A stretch of 64,000 bases of DNA from positions 32,001 through 96,000 of the IMG/VR virus record IMGVR_UViG_3300027736_000027, one strand, 5' to 3'. Source of the stretch: a virus. The notes below the pieces were generated by a model that worked only from the letters and a program-made list of their open reading frames with translations, had not been told where the DNA came from and searched no databases. Positions 1 to 8,587 of this stretch are shown here, in pieces; the first letter of the stretch is position 1, and every line of letters begins with the position of its first letter. Both the position numbers and the translations under genes were made by a program.

Positions 1-68
1 GTAGATAGTGTTTGAGCCAGCCCGGTCTTACGGCCTGCTGAGCCTCCTAATTTAGGTAGATTTTTCAT
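1..68 (-). CDS. 5' part of a hypothetical protein running off the window edge
   Basis: ATG at 68 after an A-rich leader; frame MKNLPKLGGSAGRKTGLAQTLS stays open to base 1. Confidence 0.4.
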   Translation of the reverse strand, partial: MKNLPKLGGSAGRKTGLAQTLS

Positions 69-95
69 TGTTATATTTCTTTTTTTATATTATTA

Positions 96-401
96 TTATA
101 CCGATAAACAGTATCGGTGGCCGTACCTTGTCAACACCTCTGCCCATTCATACTCACCGTGCTCCACGGCCTGCTCAACCGTCTCTAAGAAGAGGCTACT
201 GATTCTCGACCTTAACCAGACCCGGTACTCTGCAGCCCAAGGCTCGGTACCTATACCCCGTTCCAAGTCAACAATATATTGTCCGACTGCCCGGTCCAGT
301 AAGAGCCAGTCGCGACCGGCGGTCTCTAACCTGATCAGCAACTCGGTCCGCATCTGGGCCAGGTCGCCTAATTCTAAATACTCATTGTAATCTGCTTTCA
401 T
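96..401 (-). CDS. hypothetical protein with C-terminal UVR-like motif (start re-assigned to 401)
   Basis: ATG at 401 with promoter motif at 408-434; C-terminal VEQAVEHGEYEWAEVL; the longer ORF from 629 only translates the GC-rich repeat. Confidence 0.65.
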   Translation of the reverse strand: MKADYNEYLELGDLAQMRTELLIRLETAGRDWLLLDRAVGQYIVDLERGIGTEPWAAEYRVWLRSRISSLFLETVEQAVEHGEYEWAEVLTRYGHRYCLSV

Positions 402-407
402 ACCTAT

Positions 408-434
408 ATTATATCCTACCTGCAGACTAAGTTT
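408..434 (-). promoter_or_regulatory. class-II promoter AAACT-N15-ATATAAT
   Basis: matches a bipartite motif found upstream of about 12 genes in the window. Confidence 0.55.
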
Positions 435-472
435 TAGCCCTACTCTCGACTGGCCAGCCTGCAGCCAGCCTA

Positions 473-668
473 CCTGGCCTGCCTGGATAGAGCCTACCTG
501 GCCTGCCTGCCGGCAGCCTGTACCGGCTCCTGGCCAGTACCCCTGGCTAGCCCTGGCTGCTGCCTGGATAGAGCCCGGCCTGCTGCCAGGGTCACTCCTG
601 GAGTCAATACCAGGCAGCCCTGGGACCACTCCTGGAGTCAGCCAGGGTCACTCCGGGAGGTGCCCCGG
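473..668. repeat. GC-rich array of CCNGG sites, about 11-bp phased from 529 to 664
   Basis: 13 CCWGG + 3 CCSGG; starts include 529,542,552,563,574,586,597,610,619,631,642,653,664. Confidence 0.85.
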
Positions 669-684
669 TAGTGAACTATGCCCC

Positions 685-727
685 TATAAAAAAAGTCTCC
701 AGGAGCAGAACTCATGACTTTTTTATA
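685..727. repeat. AT-rich inverted repeat at the centre of the GC-rich element
   Basis: TATAAAAAAAGTC (685-697) and GACTTTTTTATA (716-727). Confidence 0.75.
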
Positions 728-740
728 TTTTACCTGGTGC

Positions 741-954
741 CCCCAGGTCCAGGAACCGTCTCAGGAGCAATTTGCCCTTTTATCGGGCTCGTGGATCTTC
801 CCCCAGGTACGGGGACTCTTCCGGGTTAATTTGCCCTTTTATCTGGTTCGGGGATCTCCCCAGGTACGGGGCCTCTGCCTGGCTAATTTGTCCTAAGTGC
901 TGGTTCCTGGATTCCCCCAGGTCCAGGGCCGGTTTGGAACTAAATTTAGCCAGG
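741..954. repeat. imperfect tandem repeat, about 3.5 copies of 57-60 bp (iteron-like)
   Basis: units start CCCCAGGT at 741, 801, 858, 915 and the full units share AATTTG(C/T)CCT and GGAT. Confidence 0.85.
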
Positions 955-964
955 TCTGTTGCTG

Positions 965-972
965 TATAAATA
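965..972 (+). promoter_or_regulatory. T4-like late promoter TATAAATA
   Basis: exact gp55 consensus just upstream of the ATG at 999. Confidence 0.6.
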
Positions 973-998
973 AATTTATAAAAAAGTAGAAAAAAGTT

Positions 999-1589
999 AT
1001 GAAGTTTACAAAGGAACAAGTTGAAGCTGCCGTAAAGGCTAAAGGTTATGCCTGGTTTGAAGGCGCAGAGGACTATGACCTTAATATTGTAGGGGTCCGA
1101 AATGCCTCAACTGGCCAAGTTGTAACCAATGTATTTGATGACGTGCTAACCGTATCCTATAAAGTTGCCGGGGTTTGGAAATTTGAGAGCTGGCCAGCAA
1201 CAACTGACCCAGGTAAAAAAGGTGTCTTGGAATATCATAATGCGGCCGGGGTTGCCCGACTGGTTGAAGGCCAGTACCGGGGATCTCATACGATTAGATT
1301 GCATCAAGGCAAATACGAGGCTCTGGGGCAGGCCAAAAACGTAAAAGTATATCGTGACTCAAACAAGGATCTTACCTATAACGAGGATACCATCCAAGAA
1401 GGTATATTTGGAATCAATATTCATAAAGCGGGTGCCGACTCTACCTATGTTGAAAACTGGTCCGAAGGCTGTCAGGTATTTAAGAGGTCTGCTGACTTTG
1501 ACAAGTTCATGGCAATTTGTAGACTTGCAGCCTCAATCCATAAAAACTCTTTTAGCTATACCCTAATCCGGTCAACTGATATCAAATAA
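999..1589 (+). CDS. putative cell-wall enzyme with L,D-transpeptidase (YkuD)-like His/Cys motif
   Basis: GINIHKAG...WSEGCQV. Confidence 0.6.
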   Translation: MKFTKEQVEAAVKAKGYAWFEGAEDYDLNIVGVRNASTGQVVTNVFDDVLTVSYKVAGVWKFESWPATTDPGKKGVLEYHNAAGVARLVEGQYRGSHTIRLHQGKYEALGQAKNVKVYRDSNKDLTYNEDTIQEGIFGINIHKAGADSTYVENWSEGCQVFKRSADFDKFMAICRLAASIHKNSFSYTLIRSTDIK

Positions 1590-1602
1590 ACAATAAACAA
1601 CT

Positions 1603-2076
1603 ATGAAACACATTAAACTATTTGAAGGTTTCTCTAAAGAAGAGAATATGGCTAAGTCATATACATTAGAATTCCTGCCTAAATTCTGGGAGGATCTGGG
1701 TATTAAACGACCTGCTTTTGGTGCTGAGGCTGGTCATAGTCTTCTCAATAGAGACAATACTATAAAATTAACGGTAGGGAATGATCCAACTATTATTTAT
1801 AGAAGAGATACTCGTATGTATGATGATAAAGGTCGAAAGGCAGGTAGAGATGATGATAGTATATGGTATTCGATTAATTTATACAAAACTCCCAATGGCT
1901 TTATTTCCAAATCTGATAATAATATGCTAAAATATTCTCTTGATTTTCAAGAGGACAAAGATGCTAAGATAGGTGGTAATATGAATTTGATACCAATAGG
2001 TGTAGGAGAATTCGCATCAGAAGAAGTCGGTAGTATGGATAATAGGGAATTTTTTAAGATAGTAGCTGTTGACTAA
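1603..2076 (+). CDS. leader-tagged hypothetical protein (putative internal head protein)
   Basis: N-terminus MKHIKLFEGFSKEE. Confidence 0.75.
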   Translation: MKHIKLFEGFSKEENMAKSYTLEFLPKFWEDLGIKRPAFGAEAGHSLLNRDNTIKLTVGNDPTIIYRRDTRMYDDKGRKAGRDDDSIWYSINLYKTPNGFISKSDNNMLKYSLDFQEDKDAKIGGNMNLIPIGVGEFASEEVGSMDNREFFKIVAVD

Positions 2077-2089
2077 AAATAAATACAAT

Positions 2090-2560
2090 ATGAAACACAT
2101 TAAACTATTTGAAGGTTTCTCTAGAGAAGAGAATAGCTTAATATTAGAGTTTGATTATGAAAAACATAAACAAGAAGATCTAGACATAATTGATAGATTT
2201 ATTATCTCTATTAATCCAGGTACGGCTGATGTTCTTGAAGTGGAAGGACTTTTAGCAAGGACTAAACACCATAAGTTAGTATTTAAACCGTTAACCAATA
2301 CCAAGATATTTAAAAGTTCTGATTCTAGAAAACTACTCAAAGATGAGGAAATTAATTTGAATCAGGCTAGTCGAAACACAGATAACGCGGTAAACCATCT
2401 AAACACCAATATCAACAACTGGTTAGCTATCAAAACTGATTATGATAATTTAGTTCATGAAATACGGGTTGGTAAAATTATAGATGTTGCAGGATATGGA
2501 ACTTCTACTATCGGTGGTTTAAACTGTATATTTAATACTATAAAATTTGATAAAATATAA
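2090..2560 (+). CDS. leader-tagged hypothetical protein (start re-assigned to 2090)
   Basis: MKHIKLFEGFSREE; first 45 nt differ at one position from the gene at 1603. Confidence 0.75.
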   Translation: MKHIKLFEGFSREENSLILEFDYEKHKQEDLDIIDRFIISINPGTADVLEVEGLLARTKHHKLVFKPLTNTKIFKSSDSRKLLKDEEINLNQASRNTDNAVNHLNTNINNWLAIKTDYDNLVHEIRVGKIIDVAGYGTSTIGGLNCIFNTIKFDKI

Positions 2561-2573
2561 AATAAATACAATT

Positions 2574-3155
2574 ATGAAACACATTAAACTATTTGAAGGC
2601 TTTGTTGATGATCACGAAAGAATCTATAATAAGATTAGCCATTCACCAAGTAAGATAACTATAGAGTTAACTGAAAAGGGCAAAGACCTTATAGAAGGCC
2701 TACTACACGGTTGGGTGGAATCGTCAAGACCTGCTATTCAAACCGGCGGTTATAAACCACATACTATTATAGATATCAAAGATGCGGTAACAGTCTCAGC
2801 AAGTTATGGTGATGATGATAATAGTCGTCGTACTGTAGTGATTGGTCAGATTGAAATTAGAGGTAACTATGATAGTTGGGAGGGTATCTCACCGTTAACT
2901 AAATTATTACCAGATGAAAGTGGTAAAGAATACACAACGGGGTATTTCCAAATCTTTGTTAAATATTACCCGTTAGAAGATGAAGCTAGGACAGGAGCGA
3001 GTATAAGTATTCTGCAAGGTCTTAGGGCCAGTGAGAAGGATCAATATAAAGAACTAAAGAGAGGAAAATACCCTAAATACAATTGTGACTTTGATAAGGT
3101 TGAACCCGGCGAAGTAGATGATAGAGGTTACTTTAAGATAGTAGATATAAAATAA
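2574..3155 (+). CDS. leader-tagged hypothetical protein (start re-assigned to 2574)
   Basis: MKHIKLFEGF; C-terminal DDRGYFKIVDIK resembles DNREFFKIVAVD of gene 1603. Confidence 0.75.
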   Translation: MKHIKLFEGFVDDHERIYNKISHSPSKITIELTEKGKDLIEGLLHGWVESSRPAIQTGGYKPHTIIDIKDAVTVSASYGDDDNSRRTVVIGQIEIRGNYDSWEGISPLTKLLPDESGKEYTTGYFQIFVKYYPLEDEARTGASISILQGLRASEKDQYKELKRGKYPKYNCDFDKVEPGEVDDRGYFKIVDIK

Positions 3156-3169
3156 AATAAAGGATAATT

Positions 3170-3949
3170 ATGAAACACATTAAACTATTTGAAAGTTTCT
3201 CTGAAGAGTCAGGGTCAAGTCCAATTGAGGATTTTTATAAAAAGTATTATCCATCATCTTTAACGGCATCGCTAGACCCAAACTCCCAAGAAGCAAAGGA
3301 TCTACTGCTATATATTGACCTAAATTTAGGTCGACTAAGATCATCCGATGACACTGAGTTTTTACAAATACAAAAGAAATCTGGCTGGGGAGATATATTT
3401 CCAACCTATACAGAAATATTGAAAACTGATGATGCAGAACTTACTAAACTGGTTGATAACATTTATAAAAATGAAATTGCAGCCGTTAAGTCAATTTATA
3501 ATAACAAAAGCGATACGCAATTAACTGAAAGTTTTGATTTATCAAATGATAGCTGGAGAAATTGGGCTATTAGTAAAACTAAAAATCTGACATATGATGA
3601 TTTAGATAGTCATGAACAATCTTTTGTTGACCAAATATCTGATTTTATTAATGATACCTATTCTTATAAATTTCAAGAGTATAATGTTAATAGATATTCT
3701 AACGCGCCGCCCGCTGGGTTTAATAAACAATTGTTAAGGGTTGAAAATGGGCTAAGCCGAAAAGATATCGTTAATTTATCTGAAGATCTTGATACACGGT
3801 TTAATAAAGATAAATTTCTAACAATAGATGAATCTGGAACTCATTTTATAAAACTCGAACAAATTCTTGGAGATTACTATAAGTTGATATTAGACCCGCT
3901 TTTTATAAAAAAATATGAAAAAGAAGCCAAAGACTTTTATCGTAACTAA
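3170..3949 (+). CDS. leader-tagged hypothetical protein
   Basis: MKHIKLFESFSEE; internal LTES. Confidence 0.75.
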   Translation: MKHIKLFESFSEESGSSPIEDFYKKYYPSSLTASLDPNSQEAKDLLLYIDLNLGRLRSSDDTEFLQIQKKSGWGDIFPTYTEILKTDDAELTKLVDNIYKNEIAAVKSIYNNKSDTQLTESFDLSNDSWRNWAISKTKNLTYDDLDSHEQSFVDQISDFINDTYSYKFQEYNVNRYSNAPPAGFNKQLLRVENGLSRKDIVNLSEDLDTRFNKDKFLTIDESGTHFIKLEQILGDYYKLILDPLFIKKYEKEAKDFYRN

Positions 3950-4007
3950 CCCGGTTCCTGTCACCTGGCCCCTGGGCCCCCTTAAATTATTATCTGGTCC
4001 CGGCCCA

Positions 4008-4044
4008 AAACTTTAAGGATTCGGCGCGTATAGTTTTATAAATA
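4008..4044 (+). promoter_or_regulatory. class-II promoter (AAACT-N15-GTATAGT) followed by late TATAAATA
   Basis: motifs at 4008-4034 and 4037-4044 upstream of gene 4055. Confidence 0.5.
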
Positions 4045-4054
4045 ACTCTATACT

Positions 4055-4273
4055 ATGGAACTACTTACGCAATTGGCCCTACTGTGGCCCCAGCTCTTGA
4101 CACTTGCCGCGATTGGTGTAACTATATCGCTCTTAATTGGGTGGGCCAGACGTCAACCAGAGTCTATTGAGTTCATTGACTCGGGTGATATGACCCGTAC
4201 TGAAATTATATTAACTGTACTTGTTGCACTTGGTGCTGGGCTGTTTACTGCCTGGCTCTTTTGGATTATTTAA
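4055..4273 (+). CDS. small two-TM membrane protein
   Basis: two hydrophobic stretches in 72 aa. Confidence 0.6.
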   Translation: MELLTQLALLWPQLLTLAAIGVTISLLIGWARRQPESIEFIDSGDMTRTEIILTVLVALGAGLFTAWLFWII

Positions 4274-4298
4274 AAAAACTTAAAAAAACCCATACGCT

Positions 4299-4592
4299 AT
4301 GATTGGTTCACTATACTACAAAAAAGGCAAACCCTGGATTAATTTCGGCGATGATGACTCAATTGCAGTGACACCTGGCGAATTTGATATCTCAAATCTT
4401 AAACCGGGTATCTTGGTCCGGTTTGCAGTGGTTACAAATCTAAAAGGCAAACGCTCGGCCTCTATTATCGAGGTGTTTTACCGAAACCCAGAAGACGACT
4501 CTACCCTAATAGGCCTGGTTAAAAACTGGTTCAAGACCATAAACTGGCACCTAGGTAACATACTAAACCGTGGCTTTGGCCCAAAGTCATAA
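4299..4592 (+). CDS. hypothetical protein
   Basis: 97-aa ORF in operon context. Confidence 0.6.
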   Translation: MIGSLYYKKGKPWINFGDDDSIAVTPGEFDISNLKPGILVRFAVVTNLKGKRSASIIEVFYRNPEDDSTLIGLVKNWFKTINWHLGNILNRGFGPKS

Positions 4593-4640
4593 ACTGTACC
4601 AGATAAATAACTCTACAAGTTTATAAAAAAAGAAGATACC

Positions 4641-4988
4641 ATGACAAATAGAATAATTAAAGATTTTAGTGGCTGGAACCACATTACTGAAACCAGTGAT
4701 ATGGCTGATACTGCACCAGTTGCAGCCCCGGCCACTACTACTGGAACCACTGGAACCACTACACCGACTACACCAACCGGTACAGCTGCAACTAATGGAT
4801 CAGCTGGAACCTCTGGAACCGCTGGAACGGGTGGAACCTCTGCACCCGCTGCAACCTCTGCACCCGCTGCAACTAATGGATCAGCTGGAACTGCTGGAAC
4901 CTCTGCACCCACTGGTGTTGTTTATAATGGTGGAGCCCCGCCGGCTCAAACCCCGGCTCCTGCACCATACAGTCTACTTAGACAGTAA
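4641..4988 (+). CDS. leader-tagged Thr/Gly/Ala/Pro low-complexity protein with GTS/GTA motifs
   Basis: MTNRIIKDFSGWNHITE leader; GSAGTSGTAGTGGTS; GATAAATAAC at 4602. Confidence 0.7.
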   Translation: MTNRIIKDFSGWNHITETSDMADTAPVAAPATTTGTTGTTTPTTPTGTAATNGSAGTSGTAGTGGTSAPAATSAPAATNGSAGTAGTSAPTGVVYNGGAPPAQTPAPAPYSLLRQ

Positions 4989-5032
4989 GTTAAAGAAGAC
5001 TAATTAAAGAGTTTATAAAAAAGAAGATAAAT

Positions 5033-5638
5033 ATGCCAAATAGAATAGTTAAAGACTTTAAGAACTGGAACCTCATTACTGAAACCACTGATATTGTTGG
5101 TGCTACACAGGTCCTAGGTACTGGTACAGTTGGTGGTGGTTCACCCGGTTCCGATATTCCTACCGGTGGAGCCGAGGTAAAGGCTCCTGCTGGAACGTCC
5201 GGAACGTCTGGAGGATCCAACCGCGGTACAAGTTATCAAGCGGTAACGGCCGGAACTGATGGAACTGCCGCAACTTCTGCCCAGTTATTGCCGGCAGCGG
5301 TTGATAAACTGTCAAAAGAAATTGCTGAAATGATTGTTGCCTTATTTGCAAAGACTAGAGCATTTTGGGCTGGACAAAATGACCTTAACCTAAATGCAAC
5401 CGGTATGGTTGATGACAATGAAGAAACTGGAGTCAAAATATTTGAGGACTATTGGACTAAAAATATTTTACCAAAAATTTATATGCTACCTGTAGAAAAT
5501 AAAAATAAAGCAAGTCTTACTGCTCTCAAGACTCAAATTTCAGCTGCGATTACTGCTAGAAACACGAGTTTTACGTTTCAAATCTTCACAAGTGCAAGTA
5601 ATATTCCTACCAGCTACACAATAAACCCGGATTTTTAA
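5033..5638 (+). CDS. leader-tagged protein (second leader family)
   Basis: MPNRIVKDFKNWNLITE; AGTSGTSGGS. Confidence 0.75.
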   Translation: MPNRIVKDFKNWNLITETTDIVGATQVLGTGTVGGGSPGSDIPTGGAEVKAPAGTSGTSGGSNRGTSYQAVTAGTDGTAATSAQLLPAAVDKLSKEIAEMIVALFAKTRAFWAGQNDLNLNATGMVDDNEETGVKIFEDYWTKNILPKIYMLPVENKNKASLTALKTQISAAITARNTSFTFQIFTSASNIPTSYTINPDF

Positions 5639-5653
5639 AAAATAATAAATAAT

Positions 5654-6952
5654 ATGTCAAATAGAATAATTAAAGACTTTAAAGGCTGGAGCCTTATTCA
5701 TGAAAATAAAGGTCCAAATCCTGGTCCAAATCCTTTTCCACCCGGAACCAAAGATTGGGAGGATTGGCAAATGAACGTAGGAGGTGATGTTGAGGACGCG
5801 AACAGAACAGCAGCAGAGGCAGAGGTCGCGAAACAAGCAGCGGCAGAGGCAGAGGCTGCAAAAACTGCCGCTGCAAAAACTGCGGCTGCTGCTGGAACCT
5901 CTGGCACGGCTGGAACATCTGCTGTCACGAAAGCAGTCACATCAGTACCAGCTGCCCCGATTGTACCAACACCGGACTTAACAAAAGCAAATGCGGCTGC
6001 CTTAACTCGTAATGACTGGGCTGCAATACAAACTAAACTAAATGCGGCTGAACTAGCTTTACAGCAGACAACTCTAGTTAACCAGAGTAATCCTGCAAAT
6101 TTTAGTTTTGATAAAAAACCTAACCTAAATCCATTAATTAAAGAGTCTAGGTCAATGACTAAGCTATATGAAGAGCAATTAGTACCAGACGGCTTAGTTG
6201 GCCCAAAAACTTTATCCGCAATTGACACCTTTGTCTCCAACTATAATTCAAATCCGATAAATACCACAAAGCTCCCAGCCGATCCACTTAAGGATAAAGC
6301 GACGGCTACTACAATTAACCCGCTAGTATTAGCTGCAATTATTGCAGCAAGTACCGCACCAACTACTCAGCCGCCATCCGGACCAACCGGACCGGCCGCT
6401 ATTGCAGGTTCAGTATTTGGACCATCTGCAAATATTACAGAGGCTGATTGGGAGCCACAAATGACTAAAGACGCTCAAGGTAAGGACCAATCTACTTATT
6501 TAGAACCTACTTCACTACTACTCCAGGCCGCTAAACTGTTTATCTCTTCAACTTATAAACTGCTTGGCACGAACGAGGACAACATAATTAAAATTATTGA
6601 AAAGTGTGGATCCGCATCTGACTTTTATAAACTTAATGCACTAATATTTCAGTATTTAACTGTAACAGCTAAAAAGGCAGGTATGGATATTGCATATATA
6701 ATAAATGATGAGCTAGAAGGTGATAACAATGACGAAATTAAATTAATTAAAGATGCACTTACTAAATTAAATGTGCAATCGAGTTATGAGCTATATGCTG
6801 AAGGAACCGCTGAAGAAGGGTTTAAAAAGAATAGTTTTAAGATTACTATACCGTCAGGATCTGATCCAGAAACGGTATTACCGACTGCTGTGTATAAAAA
6901 ACTTGAGACTCAATACTTTAATCGGACAGCATCAACTGATATATTTTTATAA
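5654..6952 (+). CDS. leader-tagged protein with peptidoglycan-binding motif and annexin-like repeat
   Basis: MSNRIIKDFKGWSLIHE; PDGLVGPKTLSAI; LLGTNEDNIIKII...IINDELEGD. Confidence 0.7.
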   Translation: MSNRIIKDFKGWSLIHENKGPNPGPNPFPPGTKDWEDWQMNVGGDVEDANRTAAEAEVAKQAAAEAEAAKTAAAKTAAAAGTSGTAGTSAVTKAVTSVPAAPIVPTPDLTKANAAALTRNDWAAIQTKLNAAELALQQTTLVNQSNPANFSFDKKPNLNPLIKESRSMTKLYEEQLVPDGLVGPKTLSAIDTFVSNYNSNPINTTKLPADPLKDKATATTINPLVLAAIIAASTAPTTQPPSGPTGPAAIAGSVFGPSANITEADWEPQMTKDAQGKDQSTYLEPTSLLLQAAKLFISSTYKLLGTNEDNIIKIIEKCGSASDFYKLNALIFQYLTVTAKKAGMDIAYIINDELEGDNNDEIKLIKDALTKLNVQSSYELYAEGTAEEGFKKNSFKITIPSGSDPETVLPTAVYKKLETQYFNRTASTDIFL

Positions 6953-6965
6953 CCCAATAAACACT

Positions 6966-8573
6966 ATGAATTACTCCCCAATAATTAAAAGTTACACCAG
7001 TTGGTTAAATGAAAACCTGTTAATAACAGAAGCTGGCGAAGTTGATATTGATCAACTATATAGAGATGGAAACAGCTCAGCAATTATAGACTCTACAGTT
7101 GCCGCAGCCTCTGCTCAAGTTAAAGCTCATCCGGCCTATGCCGAGACACTGAATTGGTGGCGACGCGGTGGCGGAGATACTAATTTATTTCAGTCAATTT
7201 TTAAAAAGCCCTCAGCCCGCAAAAGTGACCGAGCCAATTCATTAAAATCTGCATACTATTGGGCCGGTTCAGGTTCAAATGTAAATATGGGTGCTCAACT
7301 TGCAACATTCTATAAAGTAGCAGACTCAATTATTACAAATGGTGCAAAACTTGGACTTGACGCAACCAAGATAGCTGGTCTCAGCTCTGCGGTTACCGGT
7401 TTAAAACAGGATCAAGCTGCTGGCTTTTTACTTAAAACCACTAGTTTACTTGGAGCATTTATTCCACTGCCGTTGGTTAAAGGTACAGTTACGGTGAGTG
7501 ATGCTGGCCAAGTTGATGTTGCAGCCTCTCTTGCCTCAGCTACACCAAATGCATTTATTTTAAGCCAACTAAAAACCTGGCAAGTTGCAGCAAACGCTGA
7601 TCCTGAACTAGCAAAGGATCCAGCAACTTCATATAAAACTTTAAAATCATATCAAGCAGATCCAGCTAAACTTAACAGCACCTGGCAAGGTAGTTTAAAC
7701 CTAACCGATCCTCAAAGATTAGAAATACTTGATGCTATTAGTGTCAAAACCGCTAATTATATTAAAAAAAATCCAACAATTGAATTAGCTAAGGCCATCT
7801 CAATTGCAACCGACCTGTACATTGTACCAAGGGCCCAGGAATTTAATATACAGCAACAGGCTGCTCAACCAGCGGCAGCTCCAAAAGTAATAATCGCTTC
7901 TTATCCTGGGATTCCAAAGGCTACAGGCGATCCAAATGTACAAAGTGGGCTTAGTTTTTTTCCAGATAATGGAATTACCGTAACTCCAGCAGCCTTGGCT
8001 GGAATAAATGAACTTATTAAAACCGCACTTGCTACCATCACACAAGCTGGTGGAACAATCACTGCGGTTAAAACATATGGTAAGTCATCAACTAGTAAAG
8101 TTGGAACAGATTATAAGTCAGCTTCAGGCACCGGCAATCCAGCTCTTGCAACTGACCGACTTGCTTCAATTAATACTGCTCTCGCTAATGCCCTAACTGC
8201 TAATGGTGTAACGGTTGCTCCAACTATTAATACCGCAGAGAATTTAGCAAAGCCTAACCAGGGACCTGACTGGACAGACAAAGATAAGACTGATCCTAAA
8301 TTTGGTAAACCTGGTGCCAGAACACCTGAATATGATAAGATATATGGTCCATATCGTTTTGCAATGGCATTTATTGAATTAACATATACGGTTCAATCGA
8401 CCGACCCGACTCAACCTGAAGTTACTGCAACTGCAAGTGGCACATGGAAAGTTTATATGAAGTGGGACAATGAATCTATTGAAATAAAATGGCCGCCTAT
8501 TCGAATTGGAGAGTGGCACGTTACTTTACCTAAACTAGGATCAATTGTGGTAGATGCATGTCCAATATTTTAA
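6966..8573 (+). CDS. leader-tagged protein with possible OmpA-like C-terminal domain (start re-assigned to 6966)
   Basis: IIKSYTSWLNENLLITE; FFPDNG...GNPALATDRLASINTAL. Confidence 0.65.
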   Translation: MNYSPIIKSYTSWLNENLLITEAGEVDIDQLYRDGNSSAIIDSTVAAASAQVKAHPAYAETLNWWRRGGGDTNLFQSIFKKPSARKSDRANSLKSAYYWAGSGSNVNMGAQLATFYKVADSIITNGAKLGLDATKIAGLSSAVTGLKQDQAAGFLLKTTSLLGAFIPLPLVKGTVTVSDAGQVDVAASLASATPNAFILSQLKTWQVAANADPELAKDPATSYKTLKSYQADPAKLNSTWQGSLNLTDPQRLEILDAISVKTANYIKKNPTIELAKAISIATDLYIVPRAQEFNIQQQAAQPAAAPKVIIASYPGIPKATGDPNVQSGLSFFPDNGITVTPAALAGINELIKTALATITQAGGTITAVKTYGKSSTSKVGTDYKSASGTGNPALATDRLASINTALANALTANGVTVAPTINTAENLAKPNQGPDWTDKDKTDPKFGKPGARTPEYDKIYGPYRFAMAFIELTYTVQSTDPTQPEVTATASGTWKVYMKWDNESIEIKWPPIRIGEWHVTLPKLGSIVVDACPIF

Positions 8574-8587
8574 AAATTAATAAATAC

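Noticed and set aside
741-954. CRISPR array
   Set aside because: Whole units are degenerate copies with no constant repeat/unique spacer structure, and there is no cas operon; the Cas4-like nuclease is a common stand-alone phage gene
402-1019. ORF-track calls across the GC-rich element (N-terminal extension to 629; 714-896; 772-969; 780-1019)
   Set aside because: They translate the DNA repeats in several frames, and a better start and promoter exist at 401-434
1603-3200. Diversity-generating retroelement or integron behind the repeated leaders
   Set aside because: No reverse transcriptase or integrase in the window, no adenine-specific TR/VR pair and no attC-like palindromes
4613-6240. Antisense ORFs rich in VPAVP (also 28777-29118 and 34275-34871)
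   Set aside because: Reverse-strand shadows of Gly/Thr/Ala-rich genes that carry leaders and promoters on the other strand
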